DNA of 26,779 bases from an uncultured Gammaproteobacteria bacterium (GTDB lineage: Bacteria; Patescibacteriota; Patescibacteriia; UBA9934): the NCBI GenBank assembly GCA_964357305.1, contig CAYHKX010000001.1, forward strand, positions 1-26,779, read 5' to 3'. The notes under the pieces are model-generated. The model made no database searches. It was given only the letters and a program-made list of their open reading frames with translations, and had not been told where the DNA came from. Position numbers and translations under genes: made by a program. How positions within the stretch are numbered: position 1 is the first letter of the stretch; the number at the start of each line of letters is the position of its first letter. Below are positions 1-8,868 of the stretch, piece by piece.

Positions 1-246
1 ATTGCATATCAGGCCGATATCGTAGCCAGGCGCGATCGTGCGCCGGCAGCATGGACACACAACTGTACGCTCCAGCTCACTTTTTCTCCGACAAGCCTCG
101 CAGACCGGTTTTCTGATTCCGAGAATCTGGAGCAGCGTATCGACGATGCCTGCTTTGTGGATCGGTTTCTGAGCCATGGAATCGACCAATTCGATTTCCG
201 AGGAATTTCCTGGAACGACAAGAAGGAGCTTGTAGTCGTGGAGCAT
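1..246 (-). CDS. Hypothetical Cys-rich (possible Zn-binding) protein, truncated at the window edge
   Basis: Manual translation from ATG at 246 (minus strand) is open to position 1: MLHDYKLLLVVPGNSSEIELVDSMAQKPIHKAGIVDTLLQILGIRKPVCEACRRKSELERTVVCPCCRRTIAPGYDIGLICN... It has CxxC and CxCC motifs and is absent from the ORF track because no stop lies in the window. Confidence 0.55.
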   Translation of the reverse strand, partial: MLHDYKLLLVVPGNSSEIELVDSMAQKPIHKAGIVDTLLQILGIRKPVCEACRRKSELERTVVCPCCRRTIAPGYDIGLICN

Positions 247-474
247 GGGGTGTCCGCACGACCCCACTGATGCTATTGGCGTCTGGTATCGTGGCACCAG
301 TGTCAGATTAAAAGTAGGAATTTCGCACTCCAACAAACCGAACAGTGAGGGTTTCATGATAGCCTCTCGGGTGTATGGACAGGAGTGTCCGTCGCAGATA
401 TTAGCAAATTTTCCGTATTTCGTCAAAATCGTGCCGCTGTTTACATCTCGTTCGCTGTTGGTGCACTTGTTCGC

Positions 475-480
475 TACACT
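475..480 (+). promoter_or_regulatory. Putative sigma70 -10 box (TACACT) for uvrD/pcrA
   Basis: TAnnnT hexamer 9 nt before ATG 490, the same spacing as at other transcription-unit heads; no clear -35. Confidence 0.4.
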
Positions 481-489
481 GTGTGAGTT

Positions 490-2601
490 ATGAAGGATTT
501 TGATTTCAATATTGATTACGAGCACGAGGTAAATGCCGAGCAGTTTCGGGTTGTGGCGAGCGCTGGTGGGCCGACGTTGGTATTGGCGGGAGCAGGAAGT
601 GGGAAGACACGAACCATTACGTACCGCGTGGCATGGCTTCTTGAGCATGGCGTGCCAACGGACCGTATGCTGCTTCTGACGTTTACGAATAAGGCGGCGA
701 AGGAAATGATGATGCGTGTAGAAGGGTTGCTGAAGGCGTATCCCACCGGCCTTTGGTCCGGAACCTTTCACTCCATTGCGAACCGAATGCTTCGGATGTA
801 TGGATCGCAAACTGGGTTTGGAAGCGATTTTTCGATTTTAGACGAAGACGACGCGAACGATTTAATGAAAATGTGCATCAAAGAATTGAAGATCGACACG
901 AAGGCAAAACGTTTCCCCAGTGCGGGCGTGCTGCGCAGTTATATTTCATACAGCGCAAATGCACGTATTCCATTGAAGGCAGTTGTCGAGTCACGCGCAC
1001 AGCACTTTGGTGGAATATTTCCGGAAATTCAGATGGTCGCAGAACGCTATGCCTCGGCCAAGCGCACTGCGCGCAGCATGGATTTTGACGATCTCTTGTT
1101 GCAACTACTCTTTCTTTTACAGGAGAACACCATGGTTCGCGAACAGCTCGCGAACCGATTTCAGTTCATTCTGGTGGACGAGTTTCAGGATACGAACATT
1201 ATTCAGTCGGACATTGTTGATATTCTCGCCAGTGTGTACCGGAATGTTCTCGTGGTGGGCGACGACGCGCAGAGTATCTATTCATTCCGTGCGGCGGAGA
1301 TTCGGAATATTCTCGATTTTTCTCAGCGCTACCCGGACGCGCAGACCTTCAGGCTTGTCACAAACTACCGATCGACCCCGGAGATTCTTGCGGTTGCAAA
1401 CGCGGTCATTGCGAATAACGCCGAACAATTTGAGAAAGAGCTGGTGTCTGCGCGACCGTCTGGTGAAAAACCGAATGTCGTGCCGACACATGATGCGCGT
1501 GAGGAGGGGCAATACGTAGTGGAGCAGATCCTGAGCTTGATCAATGAGGGAATAGCATTGAAGAATATTGCCGTGTTATTCCGTGCAGCGTTTCATTCGC
1601 AGGCCGTGGAATTTGAACTCATGAAGCACGCAATCCCGTATAAATATCGGGGCGGCATGAAGTTTTTTGAGCGTGCACACATAAAAGACGCCGTTTCGCA
1701 TCTTCGCTTGCTTCGCAATGGTCGTGATGTTGTGGCATGGCTTCGATCTCTGCAAATTCAACCAGGTCTTGGATTGACGACGAGCCAGAAGATTGCTGAG
1801 CAGATGGCGCAACACGAAAGCGTGCGTGACGCCTTGGAAGCGCCACCAAAGCTCGCAGCACGTGCGACGGAAGGGTTTCGTCACACATCCAACATTCTTC
1901 GCGCCATGCTCGCGGCGTCGATTCCCACGAGCGCCGTGCGCGCATTTGCATCGCATGATTCGTATCGACTGTACCTGGAGGCTGAGTATCCCAATTATCG
2001 TGAACGTTTGGACGATCTTGAACAGCTCGCGGTGTTCGCGGAACAATATCGTGATTTGGGAGACTTCTTAGACGCGATGACGTTGGCAGGGGATTTTTCT
2101 GGAAAAATCGAACACCCGGAATCGGACGTCGGACGTCGGACGTCGGATGAATCTGAAGATACATTGATTCTCTCAACCATTCATCAAGCCAAAGGCCTTG
2201 AGTGGGACGCCGTGTTTGTGATTCATTGTGCCGGTGGCATGTTTCCGAGCGATCGGAGCATGGGTGAGCGTGGTGGGCTCGAGGAAGAGCGTCGATTGTT
2301 TTACGTCGCGGCAACGCGCGCGCGTGCGAAGCTGTATTTCACGTACCCACTCTCAACCGGTTTTGAATCAATCGATATTCGTGAGCCGTCGCCATTTATT
2401 CAAGAGATTCCCCGGGGCATGATAGAAACTGTTCGGGTAAGGCGAACGTTGCCTTCCTGGTCGCAGCCAAGGGTTTACAACGCACAACGTCCTACGTCCT
2501 ACGCACAAGATCCATTTGACGAACCCACAATCGTGCTCGACGCGATGGGAGAGACCGTGGTAAAAAAGAGTGTACCAGCATCGTTTTTGGGAGACTATTA
2601 A
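490..2601 (+). CDS. pcrA: UvrD/PcrA-family SF1 ATP-dependent DNA helicase
   Basis: Motifs LAGAGSGKT (Walker A), LLTFTNKAA, VDEFQD, VGDDAQSIYSFR, NYRST, STIHQAKGLEW and EERRLFYVAATRA. Confidence 0.95.
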   Translation: MKDFDFNIDYEHEVNAEQFRVVASAGGPTLVLAGAGSGKTRTITYRVAWLLEHGVPTDRMLLLTFTNKAAKEMMMRVEGLLKAYPTGLWSGTFHSIANRMLRMYGSQTGFGSDFSILDEDDANDLMKMCIKELKIDTKAKRFPSAGVLRSYISYSANARIPLKAVVESRAQHFGGIFPEIQMVAERYASAKRTARSMDFDDLLLQLLFLLQENTMVREQLANRFQFILVDEFQDTNIIQSDIVDILASVYRNVLVVGDDAQSIYSFRAAEIRNILDFSQRYPDAQTFRLVTNYRSTPEILAVANAVIANNAEQFEKELVSARPSGEKPNVVPTHDAREEGQYVVEQILSLINEGIALKNIAVLFRAAFHSQAVEFELMKHAIPYKYRGGMKFFERAHIKDAVSHLRLLRNGRDVVAWLRSLQIQPGLGLTTSQKIAEQMAQHESVRDALEAPPKLAARATEGFRHTSNILRAMLAASIPTSAVRAFASHDSYRLYLEAEYPNYRERLDDLEQLAVFAEQYRDLGDFLDAMTLAGDFSGKIEHPESDVGRRTSDESEDTLILSTIHQAKGLEWDAVFVIHCAGGMFPSDRSMGERGGLEEERRLFYVAATRARAKLYFTYPLSTGFESIDIREPSPFIQEIPRGMIETVRVRRTLPSWSQPRVYNAQRPTSYAQDPFDEPTIVLDAMGETVVKKSVPASFLGDY
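2122..2149. repeat. 7-bp tandem repeat (TCGGACG)x3 + TCGGATG inside the helicase CDS
   Basis: Read directly. The reverse complement gives CGACGTC units; the translation is SDVGRRTSD. Confidence 0.9.
2476..2510. repeat. Degenerate 7-bp tandem array in the helicase C-terminal linker
   Basis: TACAACG CACAACG TCCTACG TCCTACG CACAAGA; translation YNAQRPTSYAQD. Confidence 0.8.
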
Positions 2602-2610
2602 TTTGCATCT

Positions 2611-3759
2611 ATGTCCTCACATGACTACGCGGCTCGATCATTGGAATCGCATAAACAGCATGCGGGAAAGTGGGCGGTGACGAGTGTCATGCCACTTGAG
2701 ACGCAGGACGATCTTTCCATCGCATACACGCCAGGTGTTGCAGCGCCGTGTCTTGCGATTGCGGAAGACAAATTGGCTGCGTACGACCTCACGATGAAAG
2801 GGCGCGCGGTTGCAGTGGTGTCTGACGGTTCATCCGTGCTCGGCCTTGGCAACATCGGCCCAGAAGCGGGTCTTCCAGTCATGGAGGGGAAGGCGGTATT
2901 ATATAAAAAGTACGCAAACATCGATGCGGTGCCTATTGTGCTTGCAAGCCAGAAGGCGGACGATATTGTGGAGGCAGTGCGTATGATTGCGCCAACATTT
3001 GGCGGAATTCATTTGGAAGATATTGCGGCGCCGGTATGTTTTGAGGTGGAGCAACGGTTGATTGAGCTTCTCGACATTCCGGTCATGCACGACGATCAGC
3101 ATGCTACGGCAATTGTTGCACTTGCGGGGCTGATGAATGCATCCAAGGTTGTTGGCCGTCGCCTTGCATCCATGACCGTGGTCGTGAATGGCGCAGGTGC
3201 GGCGGGTGTGGCAATCACACGATTGCTCATTGATGCCGGCGTGGAGAACGTGGTGCTCGTGGACTCTAGGGGTATCATCGGTACTCACCGCGCCGATCTT
3301 TCGGGGGAGAAGGCATCACTTGTTTCACTCACAAACACCCGCGCGATCGAGGGCGGACTTGCGGAAGCGATGACTGGTGCAGATGTGTTTATTGGTGTGA
3401 GCAAACCGCACCTTGTGAGCCAAGACATGGTGCGAAGCATGGCGAAAGACCCGATTATTTTTGCACTCGCAAATCCTATTCCGGAGATTGAGGTGGACGA
3501 TGCAAAAGCAGCGGGCGCTGCGGTTATTGCCACTGGAAGATCTGATTATCCAAACCAGATCAACAACGTGCTTGTGTATCCGGGATTATTCCGCGGATTA
3601 CTGAACCGACGCGCAAGTACGCTCACCGCAGCGATGAAAATTGCAGCGGCTAGCGGCCTCGCAAGCATGATTCCGTCACCAACGGCCGAGCAAATTATTC
3701 CAAAAATCATTGACGTGAATCCGGCGGACGTCATTGCTCGCGCCATTGAATCCGTATGA
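2611..3759 (+). CDS. NAD(P)-dependent malic enzyme (short, YtsJ/MaeB N-terminal type)
   Basis: AYTPGVA, VSDGSSVLGLGNIG, PVMEGKA, LEDIAAP, HDDQHATA, NGAGAAG, FALANP, TGRSDYPNQINN. Confidence 0.93.
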   Translation: MSSHDYAARSLESHKQHAGKWAVTSVMPLETQDDLSIAYTPGVAAPCLAIAEDKLAAYDLTMKGRAVAVVSDGSSVLGLGNIGPEAGLPVMEGKAVLYKKYANIDAVPIVLASQKADDIVEAVRMIAPTFGGIHLEDIAAPVCFEVEQRLIELLDIPVMHDDQHATAIVALAGLMNASKVVGRRLASMTVVVNGAGAAGVAITRLLIDAGVENVVLVDSRGIIGTHRADLSGEKASLVSLTNTRAIEGGLAEAMTGADVFIGVSKPHLVSQDMVRSMAKDPIIFALANPIPEIEVDDAKAAGAAVIATGRSDYPNQINNVLVYPGLFRGLLNRRASTLTAAMKIAAASGLASMIPSPTAEQIIPKIIDVNPADVIARAIESV

Positions 3760-4283
3760 TGATGCACAGCTACCGACACCAGGGGCGGAAGTCTGGCGGT
3801 GCATGTTGGAACGTCGTATTCGGTATTGTGGTATTGGGAGTTGGTGCGTTTGCAGTGTACCAACTCATTGGGTGGTTCCGTGCGAGTAACGAAGAAACAA
3901 TTACGGAAGTTGGGGCATCAGCGTTTATCGCGACGGCCTCCACCGTGCCAATGGTGCTCGACAGTAGTGCGGCGATGATGTTCGCAAGTGGAGGTTCGGC
4001 GGGTGTGGTATATCGTCGTGGCACAAGTGAACACGCAGAGTACAACACCGTGTTGAGTCTGCCGGCGCTTGCGCCAGAAACATCCTATGAGATTTGGATG
4101 GTGAAGGAGGGTTTGGTAGATGTACAGACCGTGGGAACACTTGATGTTCGTGCGGACGGTTCCTTCACAAAAGTGTTTTCCCTTGTTGATCCTGCCGAAT
4201 TTTCTACGGTGGTGATTATGTTGGAGCCTCATGACGGCGTGGTAACACCGTCTGGAACGATTATTGTGCAAGGATCGTTTTAA
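3756..4283 (+). CDS. Single-pass membrane protein with an RskA (anti-sigma K) C-terminal-like domain
   Basis: N-terminal TM helix (VVFGIVVLGVGAFAVYQLIGWF), then LPALxxxxxYEIW and VVIMLEPxxGxxxPSGTIIVQG, which resemble RskA_C. ATGA overlap with the upstream stop. Confidence 0.6.
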   Translation: MMMHSYRHQGRKSGGACWNVVFGIVVLGVGAFAVYQLIGWFRASNEETITEVGASAFIATASTVPMVLDSSAAMMFASGGSAGVVYRRGTSEHAEYNTVLSLPALAPETSYEIWMVKEGLVDVQTVGTLDVRADGSFTKVFSLVDPAEFSTVVIMLEPHDGVVTPSGTIIVQGSF

Positions 4284-4286
4284 TCT

Positions 4287-5510
4287 ATGCAATCCATTGG
4301 TATCCTCGGTGCCGGGTACGTCGGCCTCGCAACCGCGGCGAGTTTTGCGGCGCGAGGATTTGTGGTGGTGTGTGCGGATCTGAACACAGAAAAAATTACG
4401 ACGCTTCAGCGCGGCGACCTTCCGTTTTTTGAAGAGGGTATGCTCGACGTGTTTCATGTGGCTTCGACACCGGTGGTGTTTACGACCGATCTCGGGCAAG
4501 CCTGTACATGCGACATTGTGTTTTGTTGTGTTGGTACGCCAAGTGCGGGGGATGGATCCGCTGATCTTTCTTACGTACACAGTGCGGCGAAAGCTTGCGC
4601 CGATATTGCACCGGGAAAACTTTTTGTGATTAAATCGACCGTTCCGCCTGGAACGAGCCGCGCGGTTGCTGCCGAAGTTGAGCATCGGTTGCGTGTGGTG
4701 GCAAACCCGGAATTTCTTCGGGAAGGGAACGCGGTGTATGACGGCGTACACCCGTCGCGCATTGTTCTCGGCGCCGACGATGCAGCTTCGATGGAAGTTT
4801 TGAAATCGGTATATGTCGGTGTCGATGCGCCGATTGTTGCAACGGATACCGTGACCGCAGAAATGGTGAAGTACGCGAGCAATAGTTTTTTGGCGACGAA
4901 AATTAGTTTTATTAATGAGATCGCGAATCTTTGTGACGTGGTTGGCGCAGACGTGCGATCCGTTGCTCATGGCATGGGCCTCGATGATCGCATCGGCGCA
5001 AAATTTTTACAGCCAGGGCCAGGCTATGGCGGAAGCTGTTTTCCAAAAGACGTGCGTGCGCTGATGCATCTGGGTGAATCCGTCGGTGTGCCATTGCAGA
5101 TTCTTTCTGCAACGGCTGCGGTGAATTTCGAACGGCAAGCGTTGCCGTATTGCCGCCTTATTGATGCGCTTGGATCACTTCAGGGCAAACGGATTGCAGT
5201 GTGGGGCCTGGCATTTAAGCCGGGAACTGATGACGTTCGTGATGCGCCAGCACTTGCACTGCTTCAACGGTGCCTTGCTGACGGTGCTGATGTTGTGGCA
5301 TACGATCCGTGCGTGAAACAGCTCTCTCAAGAGTTTTCCTCGGTTTCCATGGGCGTCGATGCACGACATACCACCACGAATGCAGATGCACTCGTGGTGA
5401 TGACTGATTGGCCAGAGTTTGCAGAAATCGATCGTGGAGCAATTCTTGGGGCAATGCGTGGAACGTGCATTATCGATCCACGATACGCGCTCGCGAAGCA
5501 TGTGTCGTGA
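4287..5510 (+). CDS. ugd: UDP-glucose/GDP-mannose 6-dehydrogenase
   Basis: GAGYVG Rossmann motif, CVGTP, IKSTVPPG, NPEFLREG, KYASNSFLATKISFINE, GYGGSCFPKD, GLAFKPGTDDVRDAP. Confidence 0.95.
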   Translation: MQSIGILGAGYVGLATAASFAARGFVVVCADLNTEKITTLQRGDLPFFEEGMLDVFHVASTPVVFTTDLGQACTCDIVFCCVGTPSAGDGSADLSYVHSAAKACADIAPGKLFVIKSTVPPGTSRAVAAEVEHRLRVVANPEFLREGNAVYDGVHPSRIVLGADDAASMEVLKSVYVGVDAPIVATDTVTAEMVKYASNSFLATKISFINEIANLCDVVGADVRSVAHGMGLDDRIGAKFLQPGPGYGGSCFPKDVRALMHLGESVGVPLQILSATAAVNFERQALPYCRLIDALGSLQGKRIAVWGLAFKPGTDDVRDAPALALLQRCLADGADVVAYDPCVKQLSQEFSSVSMGVDARHTTTNADALVVMTDWPEFAEIDRGAILGAMRGTCIIDPRYALAKHVS

Positions 5511-5516
5511 TACAAT
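5508..5516 (+). promoter_or_regulatory. Putative extended -10 promoter (TGaTACAAT) overlapping the ugd stop
   Basis: TG-n-TAnnnT ending 10 nt before ATG 5527. Confidence 0.5.
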
Positions 5517-5526
5517 GCTGGGAGCT

Positions 5527-6270
5527 ATGAGGTTGTTTCGCAGCAAGAAATCGTCATCAAAAACGCTTGGAACGTGCCGCATTCCGCTGAATGAGGAAGA
5601 GCGCATTGCGTGCCGACAAAGCGGCATGATTCCGCATGCTTCGGAAATTACGTGGCGTGTGCTTCGAATTATGGCGGAGTTGGTGGAAGGATTTCAAATG
5701 CTTACCACCGTGGACCGCGAAGTGACAATTTTTGGTTCGTCACGTGCGCATCCGAATAGTCACTGGTACAAAGAAGCACACCAACTCGGGCGTATGCTCG
5801 GAAAAGATGGGTTCACCATTGTGACTGGTGGCGGTCCAGGCATTATGGAGGCGGCAAACAAAGGCGCATTCGAAGTAGGTGCGGAGTCGGTTGGTTTGAA
5901 TATTCAACTCCCACGCGAACAATATTTGAATGCGTATGTCACGCGTTCGCATGGGTTTCATTATTTTTTTACGCGAAAGGTTATGTTGGCGGCAGCGGCG
6001 CAGGCCTATGTGATTTTTCCAGGGGGGTATGGCACGCTCGATGAAACATTTGAGCTCATGACGCTTGTGCAGACCGGAAAATCGTCCCGTATGCCGATTA
6101 TTTTAGTCGGTAAGGAGTTTTGGCAACCGTTGATTGCGTGGCTTGAGGTAAGCGTGTACGGTACCCAGGATGCAATCGATTATGAGGATCTCCGTATTCT
6201 GACGTTGGTCGATTCTGCAAAAGAGGCGTACGACATTGTTGTCACATCGCCAACCCGTGAACTTTTCTAG
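5527..6270 (+). CDS. LOG family (TIGR00730-like) nucleotide phosphoribohydrolase
   Basis: TGGGPGIMEAANKGA, FFTRKVM and PGGYGTLDE (PGGxGTxxE). Start moved from 5419 to 5527 to remove a 92-nt overlap with ugd and to match the -10 box. Confidence 0.9.
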   Translation: MRLFRSKKSSSKTLGTCRIPLNEEERIACRQSGMIPHASEITWRVLRIMAELVEGFQMLTTVDREVTIFGSSRAHPNSHWYKEAHQLGRMLGKDGFTIVTGGGPGIMEAANKGAFEVGAESVGLNIQLPREQYLNAYVTRSHGFHYFFTRKVMLAAAAQAYVIFPGGYGTLDETFELMTLVQTGKSSRMPIILVGKEFWQPLIAWLEVSVYGTQDAIDYEDLRILTLVDSAKEAYDIVVTSPTRELF

Positions 6271-6275
6271 AACGT

Positions 6276-7847
6276 ATGTACGAACGATTAGCGAAACTTG
6301 CCATCGGTGTGCGTCATCATGACGTACCGATTGAGGCGAAGGGCGAAGAGACGATTGAAGTGAGCGTTCCGGCATCTACCGCGGCGTCTCTGTATGAAAA
6401 AGTACGGAACACGCTTGATTATCAGGAAGAACATTTGCTGCGCCGGAACGCAATTGTGCGTATTCTTCGGCGGTATCGAGGGAGCGCAGAGGTACCAGAC
6501 ACGATGGCTGCAGATTTGTTGAAAGAGCTCGTATGGGCAAAATATTTGCCGAACAAGAGCATTCCACTGTCTTTGAGCGTGACAATTTCTACGATTCTTG
6601 CAAAGTATGAGCCACTCTTCACCGCGGTGATGAGTGTGAAGTCTCGTCGAGAAGACTATACGTCGTGGTTGCTTGATGTGGTTGCGACAGAGGTGGAGTA
6701 TACGCTTGCGCCGCCCATGAGCGATGAAGCGCTTGCGAGTTTCATGTACGAAGAAATGCGCTCGCGTATTGATTGGGATCCAAAGTTTGAGTTGTCAGAC
6801 GAAACAAAAGATTTGCGTCTCTACACCGCAATTCATCGCATGCTTCTCAAGAGTAATGTGGCGACACTGCGGTATCGTTTACTTACGCTCTACTACCCAA
6901 CATGGGCAGGAACGCAGCCTGATCAGCGATTGATCGACGAACTCGCGGCGAACATCGTACCGATTATTTCCACCATCGAAGCCGAGCTTTTCCATCCACT
7001 CACGGATCGTCTCGGGCGTGTGCTTCGCAGAAAGGCTGGAATCTTTCGCGTGCTTCGTGATGCGCTTGCACACACAAAAGACCATACGCCATTACTCTCT
7101 CATGCTGGTGCACTGGACGATGCGGTGAGAGAAGCATTGCACCACCGAACAAAGGATTTCAACGTGCGTTTGCGCCGAACCGTGGTGCGTGCTGTGCTCT
7201 TTTTGGTCATTACCAAAATGTTGCTCGCACTCGTGATTGAGGTTCCGTACGATCTGCTTATTGCGCAGGATGCATCGTGGTACCCACTCATGATAAACAT
7301 CTTTTTTCATCCACTTTTCCTTGCGCTCATCGGACTTACTGTATCAATTCCGGAAAAGAAAAATGCTGAAGATTACGTGATGGCTGCGCGTGCCATTGCT
7401 GTTGGTGCGCCGCATGAGCTCCTCACCGTTCGCGTGCGCCGCGAAAGTCGTGGAACATTGTTCAGTATGTTTGGTGCACTCTACGGCGTGCTATTTCTTG
7501 CGGTGTATGGCGCGATCGGCAGTATGCTTCACGGACTTGGATTTCACGGACTTTCTATTGTGCTTTTCCTGTTCTTCATCTCGCTTGTGACGTTCTTTGG
7601 TATTCGTATTCGCTCATCCACAAAAGATATTCTTGCATCAGATGCGCGTAACGGGTTCATTGGTTCGGTGTTTGATATTCTTATGTTACCAATCGTGCGT
7701 GCGGGATCATGGCTTTCGATTCGTGTGGCAAAAATTAATGTGTTCATTTACTTCTTCGATTTCATAATCGAGGCACCGCTCAAGGTTGCTATTGAGTTTG
7801 TGGAAGGATGGTTAACCTTCGTGCGCGAGAAAAAAGAAGAGATTTAA
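6276..7847 (+). CDS. Hypothetical polytopic membrane protein (large soluble N-domain plus about 4 C-terminal TM helices)
   Basis: 523-aa ORF that tiles tightly between its neighbours; hydrophobic segments VRAVLFLVITKMLLALVIEV, LMINIFFHPLFLALIGLTV, LFSMFGALYGVLFLAVYGAIG and LSIVLFLFFISLVTFFGI. Confidence 0.8.
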   Translation: MYERLAKLAIGVRHHDVPIEAKGEETIEVSVPASTAASLYEKVRNTLDYQEEHLLRRNAIVRILRRYRGSAEVPDTMAADLLKELVWAKYLPNKSIPLSLSVTISTILAKYEPLFTAVMSVKSRREDYTSWLLDVVATEVEYTLAPPMSDEALASFMYEEMRSRIDWDPKFELSDETKDLRLYTAIHRMLLKSNVATLRYRLLTLYYPTWAGTQPDQRLIDELAANIVPIISTIEAELFHPLTDRLGRVLRRKAGIFRVLRDALAHTKDHTPLLSHAGALDDAVREALHHRTKDFNVRLRRTVVRAVLFLVITKMLLALVIEVPYDLLIAQDASWYPLMINIFFHPLFLALIGLTVSIPEKKNAEDYVMAARAIAVGAPHELLTVRVRRESRGTLFSMFGALYGVLFLAVYGAIGSMLHGLGFHGLSIVLFLFFISLVTFFGIRIRSSTKDILASDARNGFIGSVFDILMLPIVRAGSWLSIRVAKINVFIYFFDFIIEAPLKVAIEFVEGWLTFVREKKEEI

Positions 7848-7848
7848 C

Positions 7849-8859
7849 ATGAAATATTGGAGGAGCCAGAGAATTCGAGGGTGGCGAGAATATGCGGCTT
7901 TTACGGCGCTCATCTTGACGACACTTGCCTGTGGAGCGGTATTGTTGGGGTTTTCTGTGCTTCGTCAGCCACCACAAATCCTTGGGATCACGTATTCATC
8001 TCAGTATGCACAGTCGCTCGGCCTTGATCCGCAAAGCGCGTTTACAGAAATTGTTGACGATCTCGGCATGACGCATGTTCGCCTTCCGGTGTATTGGAGC
8101 GACGTAGAAATAGCGCCGGGTGTATATGATTTTACCCAGCTCGATGCCATGCTTGACGCAGCGGCATTACGAGATCTTTCCGTCACGCTCGCGATTGGCA
8201 TGAAGGTGCCACGTTGGCCAGAGTGCTTTATTCCGGATTTTTATTCGAACGAGAGCGAACAGCTTGATCCTGCAGTGCTTCGCTATATTCAGGAGCTTGT
8301 TGTTCATGCGCGAACCTATGACGTCGTGACACGGTGGCAGGTGGAGAATGAGCCGTTCTTTCCCTATGGTGACTGCCCTGAGCCATCGACGAAACGCCTG
8401 CAGCAAGAAGTCGCGTTGGTTCGTGCGCTCGATGATCGGCCAATGCTCATGACGGTAAGCGGTGAACAAGAGCTATGGCTCGATCTCGCATCTCTTGGCG
8501 ACGTGATTGGGGTAAGTATATACCGTTTTGCATTTCACAAGACCCTTGGTCCATTGGTGTTCCCACATACGGCAATGTACTATCGACTCCACGCAGGTAT
8601 CACACGGGTGTTTGTGGACGAGGTCATCAGTACCGAGCTCCAAATGGAGCCGTGGTTCACAGGGAATCCGCAACATCCCTCATCGATCGACGTGCCATTT
8701 ACCGCGAAAGATTTTGTGACGCATCTCCAATTCGCGAAGGATACGGGAATCCATGAAATATTGCTTTGGGGCGCAGAATGGTGGTATTATCAACATTTGC
8801 GAGGCGATGATTCGCTGTGGAATGCTGCAGCCAATGCTTTTAGGCAAGACGCTAATTAA
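7849..8859 (+). CDS. Membrane-anchored clan GH-A glycoside hydrolase (beta-galactosidase/GH42/GH5-like TIM barrel)
   Basis: N-terminal TM helix; RLPVYWSDVE..PGVYDF, WQVENEPF (acid/base) and STELQMEPW (nucleophile). Confidence 0.75.
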   Translation: MKYWRSQRIRGWREYAAFTALILTTLACGAVLLGFSVLRQPPQILGITYSSQYAQSLGLDPQSAFTEIVDDLGMTHVRLPVYWSDVEIAPGVYDFTQLDAMLDAAALRDLSVTLAIGMKVPRWPECFIPDFYSNESEQLDPAVLRYIQELVVHARTYDVVTRWQVENEPFFPYGDCPEPSTKRLQQEVALVRALDDRPMLMTVSGEQELWLDLASLGDVIGVSIYRFAFHKTLGPLVFPHTAMYYRLHAGITRVFVDEVISTELQMEPWFTGNPQHPSSIDVPFTAKDFVTHLQFAKDTGIHEILLWGAEWWYYQHLRGDDSLWNAAANAFRQDAN

Positions 8860-8868
8860 AGAAACTGT

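Noticed and set aside
245-493. 82-aa + strand ORF upstream of the helicase
   Set aside because: No recognisable motif; it spans the divergent promoter region, including the -10 box at 475.
1619-2314. 231-aa minus-strand ORF and similar long antisense ORFs (16034..16771, 16584..17255, 21424..22080, 24944..25561, 26009..26500)
   Set aside because: All overlap well-supported + strand genes and lack recognisable domains.
3918-4970. 350-aa minus-strand ORF
   Set aside because: Antisense shadow of ugd and the RskA-like gene, with no motifs and atypical composition.
5419-5526. N-terminal extension of the LOG protein given by the ORF track
   Set aside because: Overlaps ugd by 92 nt; a promoter-like box supports ATG 5527.
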